In this document: positions 46,667 to 55,694 of the stretch, piece after piece
How positions within the stretch are numbered: the stretch's first letter is position 1
Layout: each line of letters begins with the position of its first letter
Assembly: GCA_031082155.1 (NCBI GenBank)
Contig: JAVHLL010000002.1
Location: 65,206 to 129,205 of the forward strand
Source: Thermodesulfovibrionales bacterium
GTDB lineage: Bacteria > Nitrospirota > Thermodesulfovibrionia > Thermodesulfovibrionales > SM23-35
Direction: 5' to 3'
Length of the DNA: 64,000 nucleotides
Position numbers and translations under genes: made by a program
Notes under the pieces: generated by a model
Told to the model about the DNA's origin: nothing
The model's database searches: none
The model's input: only the letters and a program-made list of their open reading frames with translations

Positions 46667-46818
46667 ATTGAAAATATCTGTATGTTTTCAGGTACTCTGC
46701 AGTATCTGCCATAGGGTCTTCACAAGATAAATTCCTGAACTTTTTGAAAGATATTGCATGAAGGAGATTACCATAAAAGCACAGCCCAAGACAAGAATGT
46801 ATCGGAAAACTCAGTGAT

Positions 46819-48187
46819 GGAGTCTTGTCAATAGGTGTGTAAAAAGCATTTAGGCGGCCATCCTTTCAAGCACGTTTGTTTCATGCTTCATAACGCCATC
46901 GACAAACCTTTTCCCTGTATAGACATCAGACAATAACCAGTATCCTTTTAAGGTACGGAAGTTCTTCTCCGCTACCTGAAGGAGTTTCCAAATCATTGCC
47001 GTTGCGTTTTGTACTTTCTTGAAACGCTTTGCAGCATCAGTCCTTAGTCTTACCGAACTGAAGGGAGATTCCACCACGTTCGTTGTCCGAATATGTACCC
47101 AGTGCTCCTTCGGGAATGAATAGAAGGTGATCATCCGATCCCAATCAGAGAGGAGCTTCTCCGCTGCCTTCGGATAATCCTTCCGGTACCGGTCGACGAA
47201 TGCATCCCTGAGCCGCTCGCACTCCGAAAGAGTCTCTGCATAAGGAATGCGCTTGAGATATTCCCCGGCCTCGGAGCGTATCCTCTTGGGGAAACAGTTA
47301 AGAACATTCCTGATTTTATGGTTCCAGCATCGCTGTTCCTTTCCCTCTGGATGGAGTTCTCCAAGAGCAGACCATATTCCGAGGTGTCCATCGGCAATTG
47401 TCAGTCTGCCAAGTTTCAGTCCCCGAGCCGTCAGGTTTCTCAAAACTCCACTCCAGGATTCCTTGCTCTCCCGGTAGCCGCTCTCACAGGCAAGAAAGAC
47501 TTTCTTCCCATTTGTGAGCCCTCCGATAATGACAAGAAGCGCCGCCTTGTCTTTTTCAAGGCCGGCTTTCACGTATATCCCGTCTGCCCACTGATAGACT
47601 ACTTCAAGTCTCGACATATCCAGTTGTTTCCATTCTGCATACTCCCGCTGCCATTTCGCCTTCAGCCGATCTATTGATGAGGCCGACAACGGCGCTCCAT
47701 CTCCCAATAAGCCCCTGAGCGCCAATTCAAAATCTCCTTTTGCCAAGCCGTGCAGGTATAACTCGGGTAAGAGTTGCCCTACTTCTTTCGACCGGCGCTT
47801 GAAAAAAGGGATTATCTTGCTTTCAAACCGATCCTCCGACCCCCTGACACGAGGGCGACGGACGGTGATCGTTCCATTCATTACGGAGAACTTCTTCGGT
47901 TTCCCGTGGCCGCTCCAATATCCAGGCGTTCCATCGACCATCGTAAGCCTCTCGGATTTCTTCCTTCCCAGAAATGTCTCGACTTCTTCCTCCAGTATGT
48001 CCTGAATGTATTCCTGAACCTTTAGCCGAACCATCTCCTCCAATACCTCATACGTTGCTCTTGACGGTTTTGCCGTCTCGGTGATACTCTTTCTCATGGT
48101 GGTGTCTCCTTTTCTTTGTTGATTTCGAGTTCAACTTAAAAGGATACACCGCCTTTCATCTATTTGCACACTTTTTGATTGTACTCC
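46819..48187 (-). mobile_element. IS256-family insertion sequence (1369 bp) with 9-bp target-site duplication
   Basis: Imperfect terminal inverted repeats GGAGTCTTGTCAATAGGTGTGTAAAAAG and (reverse complement) GGAGTACAATCAAAAAGTGTGCAAATAG, about 20/28 matching. It is flanked by direct repeats CTCAGTGAT at 46810-46818 and 48188-48196. Confidence 0.85.
46850..48097 (-). CDS. IS256-family (Mutator-type) transposase
   Basis: 415 aa with ...YQWADGIYVKAG...LVIIG...IADGHLGIWSAL...RCWNHKIRNVLN..., matching the IS256/MULE DDE transposase pattern. Confidence 0.9.
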   Translation of the reverse strand: MRKSITETAKPSRATYEVLEEMVRLKVQEYIQDILEEEVETFLGRKKSERLTMVDGTPGYWSGHGKPKKFSVMNGTITVRRPRVRGSEDRFESKIIPFFKRRSKEVGQLLPELYLHGLAKGDFELALRGLLGDGAPLSASSIDRLKAKWQREYAEWKQLDMSRLEVVYQWADGIYVKAGLEKDKAALLVIIGGLTNGKKVFLACESGYRESKESWSGVLRNLTARGLKLGRLTIADGHLGIWSALGELHPEGKEQRCWNHKIRNVLNCFPKRIRSEAGEYLKRIPYAETLSECERLRDAFVDRYRKDYPKAAEKLLSDWDRMITFYSFPKEHWVHIRTTNVVESPFSSVRLRTDAAKRFKKVQNATAMIWKLLQVAEKNFRTLKGYWLLSDVYTGKRFVDGVMKHETNVLERMAA

Positions 48188-48239
48188 CTCAGTGATTAAA
48201 AAGCTGGCAGTTGTTATTTAAGGCAACATGAGTAAAATA

Positions 48240-48536
48240 TCAGGACGCTGTGACTTTTTTCCGTGTTCTCTTTTTGGTCTTCTTTTCCGCCACTGGAAGA
48301 CCTGACTCCTGTTCATTCAATATTTCGAGATACTGATCGAAAAGCTTAAGCGTCTCTTTTGCGACATCTTCCTGAAGTTTCTGGATTGCAAAGCCGGCAT
48401 GCACAAGCACATAGTCTCCGATCTTCAAAGGCTCCTCGATAAGAAGGAGGCTAATCTCACGCTGTGCGCCGTATACGTCGATTGTAGCCCTTGAGTCATC
48501 AATTTGAATGATCTTTGACGGAATTCCCAGACACAT
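48240..48536 (-). CDS. hypC: HypC/HybG/HupF-family hydrogenase maturation chaperone with basic C-terminal tail
   Basis: MCLGIPSKIIQIDD... (the essential N-terminal Cys after Met) and ...GDYVLVHAGFAIQKL. The extra tail is EKKTKKRTRKKVTAS. Start set at the MCLGIP Met. Confidence 0.8.
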   Translation of the reverse strand: MCLGIPSKIIQIDDSRATIDVYGAQREISLLLIEEPLKIGDYVLVHAGFAIQKLQEDVAKETLKLFDQYLEILNEQESGLPVAEKKTKKRTRKKVTAS

Positions 48537-48757
48537 ATTCACTACCCCCCGATAAAATCATTTTCTTACTTTTATTAGTATAACACATCAAATACTCTAT
48601 TGTGCCATTACTTTCTTTATGGAAGGTATCAAGAAAATATCTATATATCACGCCTTTTTTATCCAGATTATCTATTGGATTTATAGGTTTTTAATTGCCG
48701 ATAATAAAAAAGATGCGAGGGATGATATTGCTTGCTATTTTTAAAACAAACATCATT

Positions 48758-49228
48758 ATGAAGAGAATGATTGCTTCTCCATGGTCGTACAGGATTGTCC
48801 GTTTCATTATCGGAGCGATATTCATCTATGCAGGCTCAGTGAAACTCATTGATCCGAAAACGTTTGCACATTCAATATCGAGCTATGGGCTTGTTCCTGA
48901 AATTCTTCTCGCGCCGGTAGCAATCGGTCTTCCCGCACTGGAAGTCCTCGCAGGAATCGGCCTTATATTCAATATCCGGGGCAGCCTCACGGTGATTTTC
49001 GGCATGCTCGTCATGTTTGTCGTCGTCCTTTGGTACGGCATTCTTAAGGATATGAACATAGACTGCGGATGTTTCACTCCTGAAGAAATTTTCGAGCAGA
49101 ACAGCCTGCAAAAAGCTTTGTACCGTGACCTGGTCATGATTGGAGCTGTCCTCTATATGTATCTTTATCGGTATACACAGTCACAGCGAAGATTAAGCCA
49201 TAGTTCATGGCTCTTAAAAATACTCTAA
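48758..49228 (+). CDS. MauE/DoxX-family membrane protein
   Basis: IVRFIIGAIFIYAGSVKLIDPKTFAHSISSYGLVPE...LPALEVLAGIGLIF. The start is uncertain because the ORF is open from 48695. Confidence 0.65.
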   Translation: MKRMIASPWSYRIVRFIIGAIFIYAGSVKLIDPKTFAHSISSYGLVPEILLAPVAIGLPALEVLAGIGLIFNIRGSLTVIFGMLVMFVVVLWYGILKDMNIDCGCFTPEEIFEQNSLQKALYRDLVMIGAVLYMYLYRYTQSQRRLSHSSWLLKIL

Positions 49229-49244
49229 GGAGGTAGTACCTGTT

Positions 49245-49757
49245 ATGTTGAAATTCAGGGTTATTCTTATGTTGCTCGTCACCAGTATCTTTCTTGCGAC
49301 AACTGCGGTGAATAGTCATGCGTTATGGGGTACAAAAGAACTGGATACGGAAAAATCCGCGGTGAAACTATCAAGAGAAGTGACACGCGGAGGATATGGT
49401 ATCGTTTCGACCGAAGAATTGAAAAAGTGGACTGATGAGAAAAAAAGAATGCTAATCATCGATACTATGCCCTATGAAGACAGTTACAAAAAGGAGCATG
49501 TACCAGGCGCAGTTCAGTTCGAATTCCCTATCCCGGAAGTCACCTCGCTTGATGACAAGACCAAAGAAGCATTCCTCAAAATGCTTGGTCCGGATAAAGA
49601 CCGTACCATAGTCATTTACTGCGGGTTTGTGAAATGCACACGCAGTCATAATGGCGCAATGTGGGCAGTGAAACTCGGATACAAGAATGTCTACCGCTAT
49701 CCTGGCGGGATAAAAGCATGGAAAGAGGCTGGTTATCCGGTAGACAAAGCAAAATAA
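49245..49757 (+). CDS. secreted rhodanese-domain sulfurtransferase
   Basis: Signal peptide MLKFRVILMLLVTSIFLATTAVNSHA, and a rhodanese fold with active-site loop YCGFVKCTRS and ...GGIKAWKEAGYPV. Confidence 0.8.
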   Translation: MLKFRVILMLLVTSIFLATTAVNSHALWGTKELDTEKSAVKLSREVTRGGYGIVSTEELKKWTDEKKRMLIIDTMPYEDSYKKEHVPGAVQFEFPIPEVTSLDDKTKEAFLKMLGPDKDRTIVIYCGFVKCTRSHNGAMWAVKLGYKNVYRYPGGIKAWKEAGYPVDKAK

Positions 49758-49780
49758 ACTCCTCCATTTCATTTAAAAAA

Positions 49781-49827
49781 CAGGGAGGGGGTGTTCACAG
49801 AAAGTGACCACCCCCTCCCTGTTTTTC
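49781..49827 (+). terminator. Rho-independent terminator
   Basis: ACAGGGAGGGGGTG / CACCCCCTCCCTGT is a 14-bp GC-rich stem followed by TTTTT, about 25 nt after the rhodanese stop. Confidence 0.85.
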
Positions 49828-49912
49828 CCCCTCAAGAAACTTATACCAATTTATATTTTAGCCTCCGTTTGCTACAATAAGAAGAGCAGTCAAATTACCT
49901 GACTTGAAAGAT

Positions 49913-50653
49913 ATGAAAAATCACATCAAGGCATTCCAGCTTTCCCTCCTTGTGCATATTCTGATTATCCTTTCTCTGCTCACCGTCAGCACCCGTCTGA
50001 TGACAAGGGAAACAGTAATGGTCATTAACTTATCAACTCTGGATGTTTTGGAGAAAGAGACTCAGGACCATATGCATCTTCCTTCAGAAGAAATACTCAG
50101 GAACGCAGCAAACACTAGGCAGAAAAATCTCATACAACCATCAAGGCCTGAACTGCCACTGCAAGGTATTCCACAAAAAACAGTCGTGGAATATACAAAA
50201 TCGCCAAGCAGAGAAACACTGCCTGTAACTTCCCCGGAGGAAAAACCAGAGAATGGGTCGACCAGCAAACTGCCTCACTCTGCCGATTTCTCTGCATTCG
50301 CAAGCGGAGTTCTTCTCTCAAGGAATGATGAAGGGGAAAAATCAGCTTCACAGGATATGCCGGTCCCCCCATATACGCTTTATGTGAAGAATAACTTTCT
50401 CTATATCCGTGATTTAATCCAGAAAAACATTACGTATCCCATGCTTGCACGCCATATGGGCTGGCAGGGGAAAGTGACCGTTTCATTCCTCATTCTGAGT
50501 GACGGACGTATCAGTGACATCAAGGTCAAACAAAGCTCGGGGAAAGACATTCTCGACAAAAATGCAGTGGAAACAGTCAAGAGGGCCTCACCCTTCCCTC
50601 CTCCTCCGGTCAAGGCGGAGATTACTGTTCCGGTTGTTTACGCGTTACATTGA
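49913..50653 (+). CDS. TonB-family energy transducer (C-terminal domain protein)
   Basis: N-terminal anchor helix, Pro/Ser-rich spacer and C-terminal YPMLARHMGWQGKVTVSFLILSDGRISDIKVKQSSGKDILDKNAVETVKRASPFPPPP. Confidence 0.8.
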   Translation: MKNHIKAFQLSLLVHILIILSLLTVSTRLMTRETVMVINLSTLDVLEKETQDHMHLPSEEILRNAANTRQKNLIQPSRPELPLQGIPQKTVVEYTKSPSRETLPVTSPEEKPENGSTSKLPHSADFSAFASGVLLSRNDEGEKSASQDMPVPPYTLYVKNNFLYIRDLIQKNITYPMLARHMGWQGKVTVSFLILSDGRISDIKVKQSSGKDILDKNAVETVKRASPFPPPPVKAEITVPVVYALH

Positions 50654-50778
50654 CCGGGGGAATTTCTCTGATGAAGTCAGGCCTTTTCCTGTAAGCTCTC
50701 CCGTCGAGCCTGATCATTCATATCTGATAATAAATACTGTATCCGCCGTATTTACTTGGGAATTCATGATTAACCAGG

Positions 50779-51258
50779 CTATACTCTCAGGGTTGCAGTA
50801 AGCCTTTTAGGATGGAGAAACAGTTCAATCGCATCGATGGGAGACGCTACAAAGATTTGCGATGCACAGAATGTCTTTCGTGAACAGCCCTCCCTGAGAC
50901 ATACAACAATACCGAGCTTTGCTGCTCTCAGCATCCGTGAATCATTGTTTCCGTTTCCAAGCGCTGCTACTCTTTCGGCGCCAAGGCCCTTCACATAATT
51001 TTCCTTTTGTGATGTGTGATCTTCGCCTTCAAGCACTTGGACTATGCAATTTATTCCCTGCAGTTCTTCCCTGGCGCGTCCAAACGTATCCGAGGTTAAT
51101 ATATGAATCTTCAGGTGTTGGGCAAGTTCATTGAGTTTTTCCTTAACCCCTTCCAGAACGATTCCATCCTCGGAAAGAGTTCCCGAAAAGTCCGAGACAA
51201 AATGTTCGAGTTCAAGAAGACCGTATCCCGGTATGTCAAGTACAAACACAGCGAGCAC
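50779..51258 (-). CDS. HAD-superfamily hydrolase (soluble P-type-ATPase-like)
   Basis: 159 aa. FVSDFSGTL (DxxGT-like) and GNGNNDSRMLRAAKLGIVV (the GDGxND motif). Confidence 0.7.
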   Translation of the reverse strand: MLAVFVLDIPGYGLLELEHFVSDFSGTLSEDGIVLEGVKEKLNELAQHLKIHILTSDTFGRAREELQGINCIVQVLEGEDHTSQKENYVKGLGAERVAALGNGNNDSRMLRAAKLGIVVCLREGCSRKTFCASQIFVASPIDAIELFLHPKRLTATLRV

Positions 51259-51393
51259 CTCCCTGTATTTTTATACAGTATAACCAGAAATACAGATAAA
51301 GATAACCACATAAAATATTATCATAGGTGAAAGGTCTGAAAGAGTTGACGTTGCTGGTCATGTAATTCAACCGAACAAGTAAGACAGAACATG

Positions 51394-53313
51394 TTAATGC
51401 AAAACGTGCTCGGTAATATATTCTTCCTGCTCGGTCTCATTTTTCAGTAGTATCCTTATATCCCCTACCCGTCGTGTAACCTGAACAAAATCGAGATAGT
51501 TGAGAAAGTGGATGGCATATTTACTTCCAACTCCGCAACACTGTTTGAATTCCTTAACAGTCATCCCGGATTTCGTACCAAAGAATAATTTTAATTGTTC
51601 TACTATTTTCTTGAATACCGATGATGCGAGATAGAGTGAATCGTTAATTCTTATCAGTAATCCCTGTTTTGTGAGAATTTTCATAATATCCGATGACTTG
51701 CCCGGTTCAATAAGGAGTGACCGACAGATTTCTTCTCTTAGTGGAGGACGACATCCTGCCTTCTCAATAATTGCAAGGACTCTGTTTTTAAGTTCATTGT
51801 CCTCCTGTGATAATAAGGTATTGAATGAGGAAAGCCTTGCAATATCTCTCTCTATAATTAATTCCGGTAATTTGGCAACGATGAAGTCAAAGAACTTTGG
51901 TTGCATATTCAGGCAACTTCTGAGTTCCTCTTTCGGCATTCCGGCTTTGAGGGGATTTCTTTTATGGAAATATATCAGCGCACTTTTCGCGAGCTCTCCA
52001 ATACGGTGAAAAATATTTTTATGCATCAACAAATCGCCGTTCATGAGAATACTACCATTTTTCCTGAGTTCTGTAATAGCATTGTGAATAACCGGGATAT
52101 CTGCATGAATCCAGCCTTCAATGAAAGGAGCAGATATTCCTTGGATACCTGAACGCATTACTTTTGCTTCGATTTTTTCTGTCAGTGAACCGCGCTCCAG
52201 AACAGGCAGGCTTTCAAGATTTTTTCTATGGCTCATTTTATAAGAAGTAGAATCAAGGACCACTCCGCCGCCTATGGTATCAAGCGGTGAAAATCTTCTG
52301 ATTATAAATCTGTCGCCTGACATGACTATAACCGGTTCCTGAAGCCTGAACTGGCAATACCATGATTCACCCGGCGCCATCTTTTTCTTTTCGTATAAAA
52401 TAACCCTCGCCATGTTTTCCGTGGTTCCGATATGGAGATGCACAATATCCCTGTTCTTCAACTCCGGCGCATTGGGAAGGAGTTTCAATTTTGCATCAAT
52501 CACAGCTGAAGGGATGAACCTACCGGGCATAACTACTGCATCCCCCCTTTTTAATGCCTCTTTCTCAACACCCTGAAGGTTAATTGCAACTCTTTGCCCC
52601 GCACAGGCTTTTTCTATGGACTTGCCATGACTATGCAGGCCTCGCACTTTACTTTTAATATTGCTCGGAAGAATATTTACTTCATCATTTAAGGAGATGA
52701 ATCCTGAAACAGCAGTACCTGTTACCACAGTTCCAAACCCTTTTAAGGTAAAAACCCTGTCTATGGGTAAGCGGAAAATGCCCTTTACAGACTTTGGATC
52801 AACTGTGAAAGCAACTGCCCTGATCTTATCTTTGAGGATGTCAATATTCAGCATGGTCTTCGAAGAGACAGGAACAATCTGTGCATTTTCAAGGAATGAG
52901 CCCGCAACAAAGGCCCTGACATCTTCCTTTACCAGATCGAGCCATTCATCGTCTACAATATCTACCTTTGTTATAGCGATAATACCCGTTTTGATTCCCA
53001 GTAAATTACAGATATGAAGGTGTTCCCTGCTTTGCGGCATGACTCCTTCGTCCGCATCGATAACGAGAAGAACCATATCAATTCCGCTCGCTCCTGCAAG
53101 CATATTCCTGATCAGGCGTTCATGTCCCGGCACATCAACTATGCCCACGGTAAGGCCATCAGGATATCTCAAATCAGCAAAACCGAGATCAATCGTTATA
53201 CCTCGTTCTTTTTCTTCCTTGAGACGGTCGGGATCTATCCCGGTGAGGGCTTTTACAAGGGCACTCTTGCCATGATCGATATGTCCTGCTGTTCCGAGAA
53301 TTCTGTAATGCAT
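51394..53313 (-). CDS. selB: selenocysteine-specific elongation factor SelB
   Basis: From ATG 53313 the product reads [46 protein letters not shown]...[12 protein letters not shown]...TKVD. A long winged-helix C-terminal half follows, for 639 aa in total. Confidence 0.9.
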   Translation of the reverse strand: MHYRILGTAGHIDHGKSALVKALTGIDPDRLKEEKERGITIDLGFADLRYPDGLTVGIVDVPGHERLIRNMLAGASGIDMVLLVIDADEGVMPQSREHLHICNLLGIKTGIIAITKVDIVDDEWLDLVKEDVRAFVAGSFLENAQIVPVSSKTMLNIDILKDKIRAVAFTVDPKSVKGIFRLPIDRVFTLKGFGTVVTGTAVSGFISLNDEVNILPSNIKSKVRGLHSHGKSIEKACAGQRVAINLQGVEKEALKRGDAVVMPGRFIPSAVIDAKLKLLPNAPELKNRDIVHLHIGTTENMARVILYEKKKMAPGESWYCQFRLQEPVIVMSGDRFIIRRFSPLDTIGGGVVLDSTSYKMSHRKNLESLPVLERGSLTEKIEAKVMRSGIQGISAPFIEGWIHADIPVIHNAITELRKNGSILMNGDLLMHKNIFHRIGELAKSALIYFHKRNPLKAGMPKEELRSCLNMQPKFFDFIVAKLPELIIERDIARLSSFNTLLSQEDNELKNRVLAIIEKAGCRPPLREEICRSLLIEPGKSSDIMKILTKQGLLIRINDSLYLASSVFKKIVEQLKLFFGTKSGMTVKEFKQCCGVGSKYAIHFLNYLDFVQVTRRVGDIRILLKNETEQEEYITEHVLH

Positions 53314-53339
53314 GTTTTTCTTTTGGAAGAAATGTTTTT

Positions 53340-53434
53340 TGGAGAAGGGAAGTGGGAATCGAACCCACCATGAGCTTTTCTTCACTCATGCACTGGTTTT
53401 GCAGACCAGGTGAGGCCCCAGCCCCCTACCCTCC
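53340..53434 (-). tRNA. tRNA-Sec-like tRNA (8/5 acceptor/T, long variable arm) with GCA (Cys) anticodon and U73
   Basis: The reverse complement is GGAGGGTAGGGGGCTGGGGCCTCACCTGGTCTGCAAAACCAGTGCATGAGTGAAGAAAAGCTCATGGTGGGTTCGATTCCCACTTCCCTTCTCCA. Acceptor GGAGGGUA/UUCCCUUC, T arm GUGGG-UUCGAUU-CCCAC, anticodon arm CUGGU-CUGCAAA-ACCAG, variable stem CAUGAG/CUCAUG, and CCA encoded. Confidence 0.8.
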
Positions 53435-53653
53435 AGTTGAATTATTATATTTATTATTACAATATGTCAAATAGATTAATTCAATATAATACGAATAATA
53501 TATTTAATTCATTAATGTCATCCCTTAATTCTATGTATATTTTCTAATATATAGTTATTATCTATTTTAATTATGATGATTAATTATGTTTAAAATACAA
53601 TATCAGAATTTAAAGCAACCATACTTAAACAACAACTTCAAAGGAGGATTTAT

Positions 53654-54949
53654 ATGTCCAAGGATTATAAGCAGATGTGGAGTGATCTTGAGATAAACCT
53701 TGATGCCCATGACGGGCTACTGGGTGTTCTCTCGGATGCGTATACGAACATTTATCTTTCACAAAAAAACCGTCCGGAAGGGATGAAATACTTCGATTTT
53801 GTCATTTCTGAAGTGCATGGCCTCAGGATAGAAGAGATTGTCGAGGCAAAGAAACAGGGTAGAAAGGTTATCGGTACTTTTTGTGTTTATGTGCCGGAGG
53901 AACTGATTCTAGCGGTGGACGGGGTCGATATCGGTCTCTGTGCCGGCGCCGATGTAGGTACTGACGAGGCAGAGAAATACATCCCCAGGAATACCTGTGC
54001 GCTCATCAAGGCATTCATGGGTTTCAAGCTCGCCGGACTCTGCCCCTATGTCCAGACTGCCGATCTTATCGTTGGCGAGACAACCTGCGACGGAAAGAAA
54101 AAGGCCTATGAACTGTTTAATGAAATGACGAAAGGTAAAGTTTATGTAATGGAAATTCCGAATAAAAAGGGAGAAGACGGCAAAACCCTCTGGTTGAACG
54201 AGGTTCAACGATTCGCTGCAAAACTTGAAGGAATAAGCGGCAAAAAGATAACTCCCGAAAAGCTCAAAGAAGCATCAAAGGTTGTAAATGAAAAGAGGAA
54301 AGCCCTTCAACGTCTGGCTTCTCTCCGTTCGGCAGACCCTTCTCCCATTTCAGGGCTTGATGCCCTGCTTGTGAATCAGGTTGCCTTCTATGATGATCCG
54401 TTGCGTTTTACTGCAAAGGCGAATGAACTCTGTGATGAACTGACGGAAAGGGTCAAAACAGGCAAAGGAGTTTCGGCGAAGGGAAGTCCCCGAATTCTAA
54501 TCTCCGGTTCGCCTATGGCGATTCCGAACTGGAAGATACATGCAATTGTTGAAGGAAGCGGCGCAACGATTGTCGGTGAAGAGTCATGCGTAGGGGAGAG
54601 GAACTTTGCGTCACTCATGGATGAAAACTTTTCCTCTCTGAATGAGGGAATGCGGAATATCGCAGACCGCTATCTCACCATAAACTGCGCCTGCTTTACT
54701 CCTAATGACGAGCGGCTCACTGATATCGAAACCATTGCGAAAAGAGTAAAAGCAGACGGCATTCTTCACTATGCCATACAGTTCTGCACGCCTTACATGA
54801 TTGAAGCGACAAAAGTGAAGAAAGTTACAGACAAAATGAAAATGCCTTTTCTTCGTATTGAAACAGACTATAGTATGGAAGACATGGGACAGCTCAAAAC
54901 AAGGATTGAAGCATTCCTTGAGATGATAGGGAACGGCACAAGAGTGTGA
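53654..54949 (+). CDS. 2-hydroxyacyl-CoA dehydratase-family / double-cubane-cluster (DCCP, YjiM-like) reductase
   Basis: 431 aa. KVIGTFCVYVPEELILA...GLCAGAD...PRNTCALIKAF...GETTCDGKKKAY... shows the conserved Cys pattern of the HgdB/BcrC/YjiM family. A strong AAAGGAGG RBS lies upstream. Confidence 0.75.
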   Translation: MSKDYKQMWSDLEINLDAHDGLLGVLSDAYTNIYLSQKNRPEGMKYFDFVISEVHGLRIEEIVEAKKQGRKVIGTFCVYVPEELILAVDGVDIGLCAGADVGTDEAEKYIPRNTCALIKAFMGFKLAGLCPYVQTADLIVGETTCDGKKKAYELFNEMTKGKVYVMEIPNKKGEDGKTLWLNEVQRFAAKLEGISGKKITPEKLKEASKVVNEKRKALQRLASLRSADPSPISGLDALLVNQVAFYDDPLRFTAKANELCDELTERVKTGKGVSAKGSPRILISGSPMAIPNWKIHAIVEGSGATIVGEESCVGERNFASLMDENFSSLNEGMRNIADRYLTINCACFTPNDERLTDIETIAKRVKADGILHYAIQFCTPYMIEATKVKKVTDKMKMPFLRIETDYSMEDMGQLKTRIEAFLEMIGNGTRV

Positions 54950-55689
54950 GAATTGGCGGTATTGATATTGGCTCAAGGTACATCAAATATGTGCTCCTTG
55001 AGGGTAATTCAATCCTCGATTTCAAAAAGAGGGAGACAGGACATAATCCGTTGTCGGTATGTAAAGAACTCCTTACAGTAAACCGTCCGGAAAAAATTGT
55101 CGCCACAGGGTATGGAAGATATTTGCTTGAAGTATTCGGTGATATCAGGACGATAACGGAAATAAAAGCGGTAGCAAAAGGGGTAAAGGCAATTTTTCCC
55201 CTTTGCAGGACAATTATCGATATAGGGGGACAGGACACGAAGGTAATCAGTCTGTCAGATCAGGGATCAGTCGTGAATTTTGAGATGAACGATCGTTGTG
55301 CAGCAGGAACGGGGAGATTTATCGAGATCATGTCCAGAGCGCTCGGTTATGATCTCGATCATTTCGGGGCTTCCTGCAACAGCAGGTCCGGTAATGTTAA
55401 AATAAACAGCATGTGTACGGTCTTTGCTGAATCAGAGGTTATCAGTCTTATTGCGAAAGGTGAAAAGAGAGAAGTAATTGCGTATTCCATCCATGATTCG
55501 ATTGCGAGTAAAGTCATCTCTATGGTAAAGCGGATAGATATTCAGGATGACATTGTTTTCGCAGGAGGATGCGCCCGGAACCCATGTCTCAGGAGGATAC
55601 TGGAAGAACGATTACAAAAAACGCTTTATGTTCATGAAAATCCCTATATGCACGCTGCGTATGGCGCGGCGCTCTATGCGGATATATAA
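54946..55689 (+). CDS. BcrAD/BadFG/HgdC-type ATPase activase (YjiL-like)
   Basis: GTG start overlaps the previous stop (GTGA). IGGIDIGSRYIKYV...DIGGQDTKVI...MNDRCAAGTGRFIE...CTVFAESEVIS is the ASKHA fold with the bridging-[4Fe-4S] Cys motifs. Confidence 0.85.
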   Translation: MRIGGIDIGSRYIKYVLLEGNSILDFKKRETGHNPLSVCKELLTVNRPEKIVATGYGRYLLEVFGDIRTITEIKAVAKGVKAIFPLCRTIIDIGGQDTKVISLSDQGSVVNFEMNDRCAAGTGRFIEIMSRALGYDLDHFGASCNSRSGNVKINSMCTVFAESEVISLIAKGEKREVIAYSIHDSIASKVISMVKRIDIQDDIVFAGGCARNPCLRRILEERLQKTLYVHENPYMHAAYGAALYADI

Positions 55690-55694
55690 TTGCA

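Noticed and set aside
46757-46818. Small plus-strand ORF (MKEITIKAQPKTRMYRKTQ...) that appears to run into the IS256 insertion site, possibly a gene disrupted by the IS.
   Set aside because: When the IS is removed in silico, the ORF ends at a TGA inside the duplicated target (…ACT CAG TGA). That gives only a 19-aa peptide with no RBS or homology clue, which is too weak to call.
51394-53385. Track ORF start at 53385 for selB (MKKSSWWVRFPLPFSKK...).
   Set aside because: The first 24 codons overlap the 3' half of the tRNA gene (53340-53434) and have no SelB-like sequence. The G-domain starts right after the Met at 53313 ([17 protein letters not shown]).
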